A stretch of DNA of 63,981 bases, counting the filler, from Trypethelium eluteriae (Eukaryota): assembly GCA_051942245.1 (NCBI GenBank). It is 3 parts of 3 records of this genome, joined end to end, with 100 filler letters (N's around TTAATTAATTAA, not from the genome) between each part and the next. Parts side by side here need not be neighbours in the genome. Positions count along the whole stretch, not along the records: positions 1 to 21,911 come from JAVECL010000456.1; 2 more parts are not named here. One strand, 5' to 3'. The notes under the pieces are model-generated. The model worked only from the letters and a program-made list of their open reading frames with translations, was not told where the DNA came from and made no database searches. The position numbers were made by a program, and so were the translations under genes. Positions 1 to 13,157 of the stretch are shown here, one piece after another (within the stretch, counting starts at the first letter, position 1; every line of letters starts with the position of its first letter).

Positions 1-325
1 CCCACACCAACCCCCACCGCCCTCGGCTCGCTGGCTGGCTCCACCGTCTACGCTTCTTCCGAAAATAGACGCAATCTTCACATCTTCACATGCAATCACT
101 TCGCATTGCTTACCACACAAGTCATCCAAGTCTGTACCACCGCAGACTCTTCCATGCTTGAGCTCCAATTGAACTCCAATCCTCTTTGCGCACCTAGAAT
201 TTGACTTTCCGACGTTGCAGCGGAGTTGTCATGGCTTACAGTGTTCGGGATTACCGTGGGGGTGCCACCGGTCATCAAGTTTCGCCATGGCGATCAATTA
301 TATCGCCTTTCTTGCCCTACCGAGA

Positions 326-1897
326 CTATCGAGAATCGTGAGGAACCCTTCCATTCCGGTAAGCCCATAACCGGCTCACATCTTTCACCTTCGTCACCAA
401 ACCTTGGGACGGACGAATGCTCTCCTGCGAAGCCATGGTCGATTGCCTGGTGGATACTAGGCTAGAAGCTTGCACGACGACCTGATCTTTCCCTTCTTCG
501 CGGTGTTCGCCTGCCGTATCCCAATCCAGCATGTCCAGCCAGTGATCCAAGCTTTCCCGCTCACTACCATTCATCTTCTTCTTTTCCGCGCCGGCATGGC
601 TATCCACCTCCGTCTCCGAGAGCTTGGCCTCGGCCTCCATGAATTCATTGGTCTCGAGCGCACCCCACCCACGTTTCCAATCCAGCGGAAACATGGTGTC
701 GAGATAATGTAGATTGAACTGGTGCCCTTTTCCGGCCCGTTGAAAGACTCTGCCCATGAATCGATTCGTCGGTAGACCTCCAAACTTCGGCACTTTTTGG
801 GACTGTAATCCTGTGAAATGCAGCACAGCCCAGCGAGCGACAAAGTCTTCTGTGTTGGCATAGTGCTCGATGTGGCGAACAGCTTTCCAAGTGGTCCGAC
901 GACGAGGCTCCATGGAGACATTAGAATTTGTCATAAATGACATTTCAGCACCACCAACGGCATGGTGGTAGGCGTTCTCAGGAGAATAGCGATGCGGGTT
1001 GTTGAAGTGGCTTGCCGCATTTCCAAACGTATACACTTCCAATTTCTGGACGAGATCCTGCGGAACGTCATCGAATAGCCAGTCGAGAATCATGCCACCT
1101 TCAATGGCACCCTGGCTGTGCATCATGAAAATGACCTTCTTGAACTTTGGGTCGATGAGCGATTTCTTCACCAAATCATAACATGCACGCACATCCTCGG
1201 TAGCGTAGGAGAAGTCGCGCTGAATCAAGCATTGGATAACATCAAAGATGATACCGCTTCTGCGAGTTGTCAGCAGGCATTTGCTGCCTGAGTATCGAAG
1301 TAACTTACGTCGGATTATGAATGCCCGATACTGGACGACCAAATGTCAGAGAAATACGATCGATATTGGACTGAAGCCAGTGATTCCTAATTTTTGATCA
1401 TGAGCTCTATCGCCGAATCTACTGGGTTCATGGATAACTTGCCCTACAGCAACTCCATTCAAGAAAATCCATTTCTCATCTTCGTGTGCAGGAAACATGC
1501 TCAGATCCGTCTTTGAAGCATGAAGTTCTCCGGAAGAACCGTTCAGAAGGCGACAGATCGCCTTATTAAGAAGAATGAATGCGGCAAAATATAAAAGTAC
1601 TACACCAACAGGAAGAAAAAAGCATAGAAATAAACTCAGAAGAAAAAGTAGCTGCAGAACGATCAGTACCGAGTGCAAGCCCATCGCTATGAGGTTTCCC
1701 CGCGTCGGGCATAATTCGTCGAGTTCGCCAGAGGGCCATGGCTTGAAGGGAAAGACAATGTTTGGTAAGAACAAAACGTGGCGAATGAAGAGTAGAATAT
1801 CAATACGAACGAGATCAAGCGGAGGGCTTGTGTATGGCAGGGGTGCGATCGAGATAGTGTCACCGAGTAACTGGTCTCCAAGAAGTGTTACGTCCAT
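326..1897 (-). CDS. Conserved fungal alpha/beta-hydrolase-fold protein with N-terminal membrane helices (3 exons)
   Basis: Splicing introns 1387-1442 (GC-AG) and 1260-1308 gives ...WIFLNGVAVGNHWLQSNIDRISLTFGRPVSGIHNPTSGIIFD...; nucleophile-elbow motif HSQG, then KLEVYTFGNAA; hydrophobic segment LIVLQLLFLLSLFLCFFLPVGVVLLYFAAFIL. Confidence 0.75.
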
Positions 1898-2960
1898 GCC
1901 GTTATATAAGGGACAACTTAATCATCAAGATCGCTACGCCTCTCTTGCTAGGGATATGCGTTCTTAAGAAGACATGGTAGAGTATCACGCCCATGTCGTG
2001 AAACTTGCAGCTGGCCAAACCACCTGACTCTCGTACGGTAAAGCGCTCAGGTGGCTGGGCTGGGCCAGCCATCGCTGCAGTGGATGCGGGCCGCAGTCAG
2101 CTCCTGTTGTATTTTCACAAATATGGCGTAGAAACCTGGCGTTGGCTTGTCCCGCCGAGGAAATGATCGTGATGATCTGAATCTGTTCCACGCTAGGTAC
2201 GTTTACGCGTTGTCCCCTTTCGCGCTGAACCTCCGAAACCGCTATCGTACGGAGTACGTGGATTCAAATCGACGTGCGACTCTAGGAAAACTCGTGACCC
2301 TGTAGAAGACGACTTAGCAAACAGTACGAGCAGATGCGGAAGATGACAGACTTTCTCCATCTTATAGCTATGTACCTGGCACAAGTTCGAAGTCAGGCTC
2401 AAGCCTTACTTCGAGAGGCAAGTCCACCTAAAAGGCGGTTCAATGAGATCATCGCAATCTCTGCTTGCACGCTGGCTAGAGAGGCAGCTTGTTCGTCTTG
2501 TTGCCGTATCAAGGCAGGTACCTTGCCTTATCATCCTTTTGATAATCTCAAGATGTGTGTCGAGGCACCTGCTGCATTACACTCGAAAGTTCATTCTTTC
2601 GCTCCAGAGTCGAGCTATTTGATTCGACAGACTTCGTTACTGGACTTTCATGATCCTATGAGATTGACTTCCAATGAAATATATTTCAAGTCAGATACAG
2701 AAAGACTAGCTCAAGGATGAATTCCTGCGGGCTTCGCGTTCTCACTGCAGCTGTGTTGAATGGGCTCAGTGCTCCACTTTTCTCCATGTATTCTCAATGT
2801 CTTGCTGCTTCACTTCCTCACCTGCTGCCTCACTTCGTCCATACACACCCATTCTCACTCATTACCCCTCCTTGTATCTACACCAGATTACACATGCCGC
2901 TTGTCCCAGCTCTGCGATCTTACCACCCCTACCCCTGGATGACTGACTAATACCACCAAA

Positions 2961-5900
2961 ATGGAGCACTCTCAACAGTCACCGCGCACAGCGTCTGAGA
3001 TGTTGGCAATGTTCATGTCCAATAGATCACGGAGCGCTGCTAACAAGCAAGAGCACGGTGAGGTCTTGTCTCAGACCAGCTCCGCCAGTTCACCAGTAAG
3101 TTGTCAAAGTTATTGATTAAGACAGCATCTAGACTCCGTCACCATAATGCTAATACTAGAGGGAAGGAGTTACCTGAAAACCATGTTGTCTTGGAATCTC
3201 AAAGAGCTCTGGCTAGTGTGATTAGTGTTGCACCTAGTCCTTCGACTGCATCTCGGACATCTTCAGAGCGCACAAGTCCACTGCGAACGGAACTTGACGT
3301 AGACTCGCCTTCGAGGGAACGCGATCTGTTCTCGACTCCGACGGCTTCTCAAGCCAATGGGAGGTCTTTAAGACCTCGATCTGCACTAGCACAACCGGCG
3401 CATTTGTCGGAATATGTGGGGTGGGAAGCAAGGACACCCAGAAAAGACCGCGGGACTCAGAAACAGTCTCCAAGCTCGACTGCCTTCAAAAGAGAGCCCG
3501 AGGAGTTTGCCGACGCACGCCGTTTCAGACGGGACAATTATTTGCTTACGTACCAATCTCTGTTTTCTCCTCTGCTTCAACGCGGAAATTATCTAGAGAA
3601 GCTTTTGCAGGAGAAGAGAAGCGAAGCGGATCGGGAAACCCATATTGTTCCTTATCGGCGTTTGGAACGCCAACCAAGCGGGTATGTGAAGCAACTGCTA
3701 CTTAGTAAACTGAATTCCTAACTTACCTATCTACATCAGTATAAAAACAAGACTCAAGCCTCATCAGGTAGAAGGCCTTTCATTCCTTCTACACATGCAC
3801 GAAAACAACATGGCTTGCATACTGGGTGACGAGATGGGTCTCGGCAAGACTCTACAAGTGCTTTCACTTTTTCAATACATCATGGAGAACCAGAGTGGCC
3901 CACTTGACGCAGTTCGACCTTTCCTAGTGGTTTGCCCTCTGAGTGTAATTGACCATTGGGTCCGAGAAGCTCGCAAATTTACGCCGGGTCTGGAGCCGAT
4001 GAGCTTCTACGGATCTGTCGATATAGGCCATGTCAAAGGGCAGGCAAAGCTAGGTGCTCTCAAACTTGTAGTTACAAGCTATGAGACCTTCGTCGCCGAA
4101 CAGGGTTGGCTCAAGCGCTCAAAGATCTGGGAATATGTAGTCCTTGACGAAGGTCACCGGATCAAAAATGACCGATCAAATGTGGCAAAGGCTTTGCAGA
4201 GTGTGAAAGCTTGCCATCGACTTATTTTGACTGGGTACCTCTCTTTTCCTTTTTTTTTTTCCTTTTTGGTGCGATACGAACAAGTCTAATGACACGCGTA
4301 TAGGACACCACTTCAGAACGATCTCCATGAAATGTGGTCTCTTCTCCACTGGCTGTACCCGGACGTTTTCACCGGCACTACCGAGGACATTTTCGGATCA
4401 TCATTCGATCTCTCGCGAGGCAAAGTATCAACCGTCGTCATGGAAGACGCCCGTCGCTTGCTCGAACTGGTCATGCTTCGCCGCTTCAAGGACAGTCCAG
4501 GTGTTGACCTCGCATTACCTCCGAAAACTGAGGTGCAGCTATTTGTCCCGCTTACACCCAAACAGAAACAATGGTACACCAGAATTCTCACGGGGATGAA
4601 GACTGACCTGCTGGAAGACGTCTTCAATGACCGTACAAAGGAGACGGTAGTGTTTTCAGATGAGGACCAGATAGGAGAGACTACTAGTGACTATGCTTCT
4701 ATGGCCCAGGAAACTACTTCTCGAACACAGAGTCATAACCCCCTGCTCAACCTGATTCTACAACTACGTAAATGCTGCAACCATCCTTACCTTTTCCCGG
4801 ATGCAGCACCTCATCCGTACCAGCCGGGAGAACACGTCATCCAAGCTTCTGGAAAGCTAATCGTTCTTGCAAAACTTATTGAGGAGCTCGTGGTCAAATG
4901 TGCAAAGCAGATACTTATATTCTCGAGCATGACTAGCATGCTGGACCTTTGCGAGGATATACTTGAACTAAATAGTCAGCACGGTCGTTTATTCAGATAT
5001 GTTCGGCTAGACGGAGCGACCTGCACAGCGAGACGTAATCTGAACATCAGACTATTCAGCAGCCCTCAGTCCGAATATAAGGTCTTTTTAATTTCTATGA
5101 AGGCTGGAGGTCTCGGCTTGAATCTGACTTCTGCAACCGAGGTAATCTTTCTGGACGAGGAGTGGAATCCTCAACTGACTCTTCAAGCTGAAGCAAGAGC
5201 CCATCGTATAGGGCAGACCATGCCCGTGACAGTATACAAGCTGTGCACTGCAGGCACAGTTGAAGAACAAATGCTGGGGCGGATTAGGAAGAAACTCTAC
5301 TTGTCTGTCAAAGTCAGCCCAAGGAAGTCCACAAACCAGACGGCCACAGGTGAGGGACGGGCTGAGCTCTCTTCGCTGGGTTCATCAGAGCTCAAGTCAT
5401 TGCTATGGAGGGGTACTCGGACATTGTCGCACGATGAAGTTGACGTCACCGAGATGTTGTCCTGGGACTTCGAAACGATGCTGGAGAGATGTAAGGAAAA
5501 TCCTGCCAATGCTGAAATGGCCGACGCTGTCGATGAGGAAGCCTGGCTCAATTCCATTGAGCGAGTGGAATCCGCAAAGTTTGGCGGACACCATTACAAG
5601 CGCAAACGTGCAGAGCCAGACTCCTCCCAAAACCTAAGCGCACCTTCAAGCAAACGCGAGAGAAAACAGAGAACTATTGAGGTTGAGACCGAGATTGGTA
5701 CTTTCACTACTTCTCGAGACAACTTAGCCAGGCAAGATGCCATTTCCAGTACACCGACTCATAGGCAGAGGCTGAAGATAAGCAACCAGCAGGTAGGCTC
5801 TCTTCACACACTTATCTGGAAACTCCGCTAATTGTTGTGCCCCAGCATTGCCAGTCCTGTTGGGTGGAGACTGATGAAGTGCATTGCACTAATTGCCCGA

Positions 5901-6510
5901 GGACATACCACTTGATCTGCCTTTCTGAGGACTATCAGTCTCGAGCTAAATCGATGAGCCCATTTGTGTGCCCTCAACATAAGTGTTATATGTGTAGCAA
6001 AAGCACACAGGGCGCAGGTGGTATGCTCTATCAGTCAGTACATCCCAAATTTGCCTTCCAAGATAGGTTTTGACCATAAAGTGTAGATGCCGCTGGTGCG
6101 ATTGTGCGTATTGCGAAGGATGCCTTGACTTTGACCAGGCTGAGTTACTCGACAACGAGCTTCCAGAATTCAAGAACCTCAATTTCGGCGCCATCGATCA
6201 GGCTTTCTACATCCGCTGCCCGCCATGTCGCGAGCACCACGCGTCTAACTCAGGCGCCTGTGCCTTCTTCCAGGCGAAGGAAAAGTCGTTTGGTCGTCTT
6301 CTCGAGCCCGCCTCGCCGATGGCAGTCGACGACGCAGCTACTGTATCCCCTACAGTATCAGATTTATCGCCTCCCACGAGACCTGCAAGCGGATACCGCA
6401 CACAAGCAACCTCCCGTGATGCCACAGAAGTTCAGACACTCATGGACATGCCCTCACCTGGCCCTGCCAAGCCTAGTATGGAACCCATCGTCATCGTTCT
6501 CGACGGTTGA
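2961..6510 (+). CDS. SNF2/ISWI-like chromatin-remodelling ATPase with C-terminal PHD and Cys-rich zinc fingers (multi-exon)
   Basis: Motifs ILGDEMGLGKT, VLDEGHRIK, LILTG|TPLQN, LRKCCNHPYL, GGLGLNL, QAEARAHRIGQ; tail CQSC..CTNCPRTYHLIC..CPQHKCYMC..CRWCDCAYCEGC..CPPC; ATG at 2961 in CCAAAATG context; GT-AG introns join the listed ORFs. Confidence 0.9.
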
Positions 6511-7670
6511 ATTGAATTTCCGAAGATGGTGATACTTAGAATATACGGACAAACTCGAGCGACGGATTGATTTGCGGGAGTTGACGAAAGAGCTGAGCGA
6601 TGGGCGGATTTCATGGATGACCAAGAATGTGAGCTAGGGGTTGATCTGACGGTGACATGGTTTCTTAGTTTGTAAGCACTGGATGCGATTCCGGCGGTTT
6701 ATACTGGGGGATCGGTCTTCTGTGCATAACTGCAATCCTAGCGTGATGGAATAGATTCCGTAGGGAATGACTTCATAGAACAGTCAGCTCGAGAATTTCA
6801 CCAACTTCATTGTCCTGCTCTGTGCTTAATTGCTTCGACCTATTCATTGACGACTTGATGCTGTCTGATGAAGTCTACACAACAATCCCCAAAATGCATT
6901 GCGTGGACACTAACTGCATTCGACGAATTTACTGAGAACGTCACGCCGCGATCATTCTGGTTATGTACCCACACAGGTACCTAGACTTAGGATACGGTTC
7001 GGCAGAAAATTCCCCTTCAAGATCGGTGAACAATCTCACCGCCTCAAATGCATGAAAGGTTACATCATTCGCATCCAGTCTGTCTCTTACCTGGGTCTAG
7101 AAGGAAGTCAATGTACCCTTTGGTCAGCACTTAGCCGGATGTCTCGGGAGCGGGAGCTGATTGGGGAAATGTTTTAATTTCATAACGTTGATCGGCGGGG
7201 ATGATGGGGCTCGAGAAGGCCTTCGCCCTGCAATGAACTTGACAGTCACGTCAATGGCGGCGCCGTAACTTACTGGACTCTAGTACTGTACGGTAAAGCT
7301 TCATGTCGGGAGATGCTCGTCAAGCCAGGCAGCAAAGTTCCCGCGCACGGCTGGCGATGGCTTGACTCAAGCCACTCAACAAGCGTAACGGTAAACTGTG
7401 CTGCCCACCAGGCGGTTCAACCGTCTTCTCTGCAGAACCTCTTCGTATTTTTTCAGACGCCATGGATGACTGCTTTTGACCGGAACGAATGTCGATGGCT
7501 CGTGCTATCGGCCACACGCTTGTCGCTTCTGGGCAGGAGGAAAGGATTGCCCCAGCATATCTGCGAGGTACGCCATGAGCTGCATGGATGACTACATTTC
7601 GAATAGAAATATAAGACTTCTTCCTTGGCGCTCCAAGGCAGCTCAGCGTAGCTCATCAGGAGGAAAAAAT

Positions 7671-9803
7671 ATGTTGTTTTCTGCTGTTGTTGCCGGCCTC
7701 ATTGGCCTGGCCTGTGCCTCTCCCGCGCCCAAGCCCGCGTCAGAGACAAACCTTGCGCGTAGACAATCTGGTCCAAACTATCCAGTTTACACATTCGATC
7801 AGCTTGTCCGTCTCATAATTCTCGTGATCATTGTTCAACTCCTAACTGTTATTTGTAGATCGACCATTTTCCAGACAGTGATCGTTATACACCCCACACC
7901 AATGATACATTCAAGCAAAGATATGTCTATGACTCGACTTATTACAAGCCTGGAGGTCCCATCTTTCTCTATATTGGCGGAGAAACAAGCGTCGAATCTC
8001 GATTGGAAAATATCGAATCGGGCAGTAAGCTTTGCGTCTGAACCAAGCAGAGCCAGTCGTTGCTAAATGGAGGAATTTCAGTCATTCAAATTCTTATGAA
8101 CGCGACCAACGGCCTGGGCATCATTCTCGAGAATCGATATTATGGAGACTCGTATCCATTGCCCGGAAGCACTACTGACGAACTCCGATTCTTGACAACA
8201 GAACAAAGTTCGTGACACCCACTGAGTGACTTTGGACGGCCATGACTAACGACTCGATAATTAGCAATTGCTGACAATGCCTACTTCGCTCAGCATGTTC
8301 AGCTCCCCAGTATCAATGGCAGTATCAATGCTCCGGATACACCGTGGATTCTCTACGGCGGAAGTCTGGCTGGTGCTCAGACAGCCTTCTCTGTTAAGAC
8401 CTATGGTGACATCCTGTATGGTGGAATCGCTGCCAGCGCTCCGATCCACGTGGTTCTAGGCTATTCGGAGTGGTATGTTTATTTGGCGAACTAGGAAGGT
8501 TGACCTTGTGCTTATAAAAAATTCCTAATCTAGGTATGCACCAATCCAGAAATTTGCGCCACAGGATTGCGTTGCAAGTATCAATGCAATCATCGACAAG
8601 ATGGACTATCTCATCTCTACCAACAATACGGCTGCCATACAGGAATTGAAGAGTATTTTCGGACTTGGATCTCTAGGAGATATCCGTGATTTTGCCATGA
8701 CAATTGCCTTCCCTCTTGGAGGACCAATGAACTACCCAACCAATACTTGGCAGGAGCTCAATTGGAGCCCACTCTATGGATCCAACGATTTCTGGAACTT
8801 CTGCAACAACGTTTCGGACATCAATGCCCCGGCAAATATCACGGCGGTGGATAATCAGTTGGCGAAATATACGAATGGCGAGCCATGGACTAATTTGGGC
8901 AATTACGCAAATTATGTCAAGCAGATAGTCCTGCCTTATTGCACCAGCGGCGACTACGACAGCACCAACGATGGTTGCTTCAGCACGCAAAACGGTATCA
9001 CCTCATTTGGACTGTTCAAGATTGCGCAGAGAGGCTAACGTGTGTAGTCTCGTACTGGGCGGATACTACGAATAGCGGTGGCCGCTCTTATCTATATTCA
9101 AGTGCGTGACAACTTCCTACAACATGACTAGTATTAATATCTGTACCAACAGCGTGCATCGAACAGGGAGCATATCAAGTTGCTCCTCCGTCAGGCCCGT
9201 CTCTTGTCTCCAGAGTCTTGCAAGTCGACTACACGTAAGTTACCCGTACCTGTACTACCCATATCAGCTAAGCAGGAATATAGCCAGCAGTGGTGTACGT
9301 GGGCATTCCCGGCGGGAGAGTATAACACTATCCCGTCTACACCGGACCTCACCCAGTATACTAAGTATGGCGACTTCAATTTCAGCGCCCCTCGTCTAGC
9401 TTTCATTGATGGAAGTAAGTATTTCTTTAATTCACCTATGGGCGTACGTCATTAGGGCAAGGATGCATTGCTGAGCGCAATTTACAGATCAAGACGTTTG
9501 GCTAGACCTCTGCTATCATTCAAATGATGCTCCGGCTCGTTACTCTTCCGACCTGCACCCGGAGCATCTGATCGCCGGCGCTGGTCATCATTGGGACAGC
9601 TACGGTATCAAGGACATCCCAGCGGAGCCACAATTCATCCGTAATGCGCACTACTGGGAGATCAGGACCGTGCAGAAATGGTTGAGGTCGAGTAAGTGGA
9701 TTTCATCCCTCCAGACTGTTCAAATCTTTGGCTGATTCCGTGTCTTTGCTCAGGGCAATCCTCTTCCAAGAGGGATCAGGTAGTAAAGGGAAGGGAATTG
9801 TAA
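7671..9803 (+). CDS. Secreted serine peptidase, family S28 (many short introns)
   Basis: Signal peptide MLFSAVVAGLIGLACA; exon fragments IDHF, PIFLYIGGE, ENRYYGDS, WILYGGSLAG (GxSxG nucleophile), AFIDG/DQDVW, AGHHWD; last exon after intron ending ~9753. Confidence 0.85.
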
Positions 9804-10029
9804 ACTACCGCTTAATCTAGGGTCTAAATGTTACCAGATTATGGCTTGCACTGAAAATCCTGTAGTTCATGTATCACTATAGGATACAGACAAGCAAACG
9901 GGCACTAGTTGTACAGCTAGATCTTATTAATGGCTCAATCTAATATTACACTCGATCTCGTCCGACGCTTTTCATAATCCATTCGATAACATTTATCGTT
10001 CATATCCCATGCATGAGTTCTACAGATCG

Positions 10030-11102
10030 CTAATTGACGGCTTGGCTAATCTCGCCCACAAGCGCAACCACCTCATCCGCCAAAAGCTTTGCATCCGGCG
10101 GGAATCGTCCACTTATATAGTTGTACTTTTCGTCTTTCACGACAAACCTACATGCATGTGTCAGTTTCATCCGAGCGATACTAGTACTGGAGTGGGATAA
10201 ACCTACGGGCTCAACCCAAGACTGTTCCTATACTGCACCTTATCATCATCCAGCTTCTTCCGAACCTAGCCAAATATCAGTCCCTTCATCACCACAAAAA
10301 ATCCAACATGCAAAAAAAGAAGTCTCAGCGGAAAGGGAAAGTCAGCACTCACAAACTCCTCCACCGACTCACTCCCCGCCCCATACGTCTTATAATAGTC
10401 CCCCAGAAACAGCCTCGTCCCATGATACGCCGCGCCCTCCATCGCGCCCGGCAGCGCCGTCGTCGTCGCATCGCACAACACGCTCCTCCCTTCCGCCGTC
10501 TTCCCCTCCGCCAGCGCCATCACCCCGTGACAGATCGCCGCAACGGCCTTCCGCGACGGCTTCCGTGTCTGTGGGAAGAAGGCGCCCAGCGCGGTCTGCA
10601 CGACGCGCGAGTCGATGACTTGGCGCACGCCCTTTTCGTGCCCGCCGGGCAGGAAGACGAGGGTGAAGGGCGAGAGGTCGAAGGTGGGCGATGACCAGGA
10701 GGAGGCATGCTGCCATTCCGGCGTGGATGTCATGTCGTCGTAGAGGGAGACGGCGTCTTGGGTTGCGCCCTGTAGGGGGTGCGAGAGAGGAGTGTTAGTC
10801 GGTGTTGCGGGAGTGTGAGTGCGTCATTGAGCGTTGAGGGAGCGTGGAGAGAGACGAACGAGGAGTTTTTGGGTCCAGCCTTCAAGCATGCGCTTGTCGC
10901 ATTTGGGGGAGCTGCCGTTCTCGGTGAAGATGGTAATGTCCCAACCGGCTTTTTTGAATTCTGAGAAGGGAACGGCGGTTTCTGCGCAGTACTTCAGCAT
11001 TGATTTCATAGCCTGTGATTTTTCGGCAGTGGGTGCTGTACCAGTTGGATCATGTCCATAGTCAGCCATCAAGATGGCGACTTTGACTTTGTCCGAAGCC
11101 AT
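10030..11102 (-). CDS. DJ-1/PfpI family (class I glutamine amidotransferase-like) protein
   Basis: ILMADYGHDPTE, VFLPGGH, AAICHG (nucleophile Cys), final exon FVVKDEKYNYISGRFPPDA...; stop at 10030-10032. Confidence 0.85.
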
Positions 11103-11846
11103 AAGTGGCGTATAAATTTTGCAATGAACACAGTCGAGAATTCAATGACAGTGCAGATTTAGGAAGGCTTTGCCCAAGCAATTGTGTTCCCTAGGCTCTC
11201 AATGGAATTGGGTTCGTCCCTACCTACGTATCAGAAGCGGGGCTTGGCACCATGTAAGGTAATGTTGGTCGAGCGGGACGAAAACCAATTTTGGGTGGCG
11301 CGTATATCGCTGATCGTATGAAACAATGTCGTAATCAAGTACCCTGTATTACCGGTCAATGGAAAGGAATGACCTGCACGTAGACAAAATTTCGGGAGAA
11401 CCCGCTTACTGAAAGGTGAACGAGAGACTAACTTGTAGATTAGCTCTTGTCTGAAGTAACATCCATACGAGATCAAATAATTCATCGGTGCTCTCCTTTG
11501 AAACCGCAATGTCGTCAGGCTACAACATGAGCTCGAACCAATCAAAAGCGAAGAGAAAGAGAGAATAAAAAGTACATTACGGGGTACTTATCATGCTAAT
11601 TGAGGATCGTCATCGGTTAATCACATCAATTGCTGGAAATTTTGCATTGTTGTGTAAAGTACCACAGCTGGCTTTGACTTACATTCCAGGTAGTACAAGC
11701 AGACAGGTAGAGCCATGCAGTCCTGGAATCCGTACTCCACTAAAAGCTCCACTTCGCAGTTCATGGAGCTCCTAGGCATCTTCACTCTAAGCACCTCTTA
11801 TGTATTGCCTTCTCAAGCTGGCCCTGCTTCCCTGTTCTTCGATCCT

Positions 11847-12718
11847 TCAGTTGTGACCGGCGGAAGACCCGGCCAGGATGGCATTTTTGCTCTTGCCTTC
11901 TTCTGCCCATACTTCGAAAATCATCTCGCCGGCCTTCACCGCTCTGATTGGCAAAGTCCTTGCACGACCTGGCTCTGACGCCAATCTGTCGCTCGTCCAA
12001 TCTTCTCCCTGTGTATCATCTTCATCGAGTCCTGCAGAGTTCCGCTTGCCCTTTGATCGCTCAGACTGTAAGCGTGGCTCCACTGGTATCCATGGCTGAG
12101 GATGGTCGATTGGTGGTGGAACATCCCGCTTGTTCTCGATGACAACGGTATATGTACAATCAGGTGGCAATGGACTAAGTCGCGAGCCACAAGTAGAAAG
12201 TCTTGCCATAGTGGCTCGAAATTGCTCCTCGAGGTTTACGGAAAGATCAGGAGGTGGAGCAACATGTGGTGATGGAGTAGCTCCTTTGTCGGTGGATTGC
12301 GATAGGCTTTCGGGTACTCCAACGCGTTCGAAAGGGGTATTTATTTCATCAGGAGGGACCTCCGGTAAGCGTGATAGATCGAACATGAATCGTTCAAGGG
12401 GTTCAGATGAAGGGGAGAATATCACTAAGGCAACATGGGCTATCGTACCCTTAAAGTAGCTTTAGCCCGCATTTCATTTCTCGTGAAGCAAATGAGTATT
12501 AGTCCTCACACCTTGAGCAGCTCAGCCTCCACCGCAGACGCGGCAGCTTGTATCCATGCACAGACTCGCGGATGCCTGCTTTGGCGGACTGCATAGTGGT
12601 ATTTGTGGGCGGAAAGAAATGTCTCCGACGGGTAGAGGCCACGTTCGTAGAGAATAGTGTGAATCGCGACAGTCAAAAAGTCGATGAAGCTGGAAGCAAG
12701 AGCAGCAAAAGTCGACAT
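11847..12718 (-). CDS. REV7: HORMA-domain protein Rev7 (DNA polymerase zeta subunit, MAD2L2)
   Basis: FLTVAIHTILYERGLYPSETF...VRQSRHP, PLERFMFD, LEEQFRA, LPPDCTYTVVIE, PWIP, PIRAVKAG; one intron near 12450-12511. Confidence 0.85.
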
Positions 12719-12770
12719 CCTCTAGGTTGAGTCTTTCCACGCCCCCTGACAAGTCGAGGAGGACCCCGGC

Positions 12771-12813
12771 CGCGTATACGTCAATGGTTACAAACGCGAC
12801 GCGGTATCACGTG
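12771..12813. promoter_or_regulatory. Cluster of MCB-like ACGCG elements plus a CACGTG E-box in the REV7/importin divergent promoter
   Basis: CGCGT 12771-12775, ACGCGACGCG 12794-12803, CACGTG 12808-12813, all 50-95 bp upstream of the REV7 ATG. Confidence 0.45.
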
Positions 12814-13157
12814 ATGTTTTCGGCGCCGACACGTCTTCTCCGGGGCACATATCATGGCATTATAACTTTTTTTTCCCAGACTGGACTTCTACAGAGGAGC
12901 ACCTAGCTATTTCTCGGATGGTTGAAAGAGTGCTGTGGCTGTGTAAAGATTGGAGTCGCGTTCAGCATTTGCATTTGCACTTGCTTTAATCTCCCACAGC
13001 CTCGCAGGCACACTTGCCCCCCCCACAAACCCCGAATGATATACATTCGTCTTTAATCCGCAAATTGGCTTGCGCTGATGCAAAATTCCCTTCTGATCTC
13101 ATCTAAGCGGATAGGGTCACACAAGATTGCGGGGACCTTTGTTTTCCACCAGCGAGA

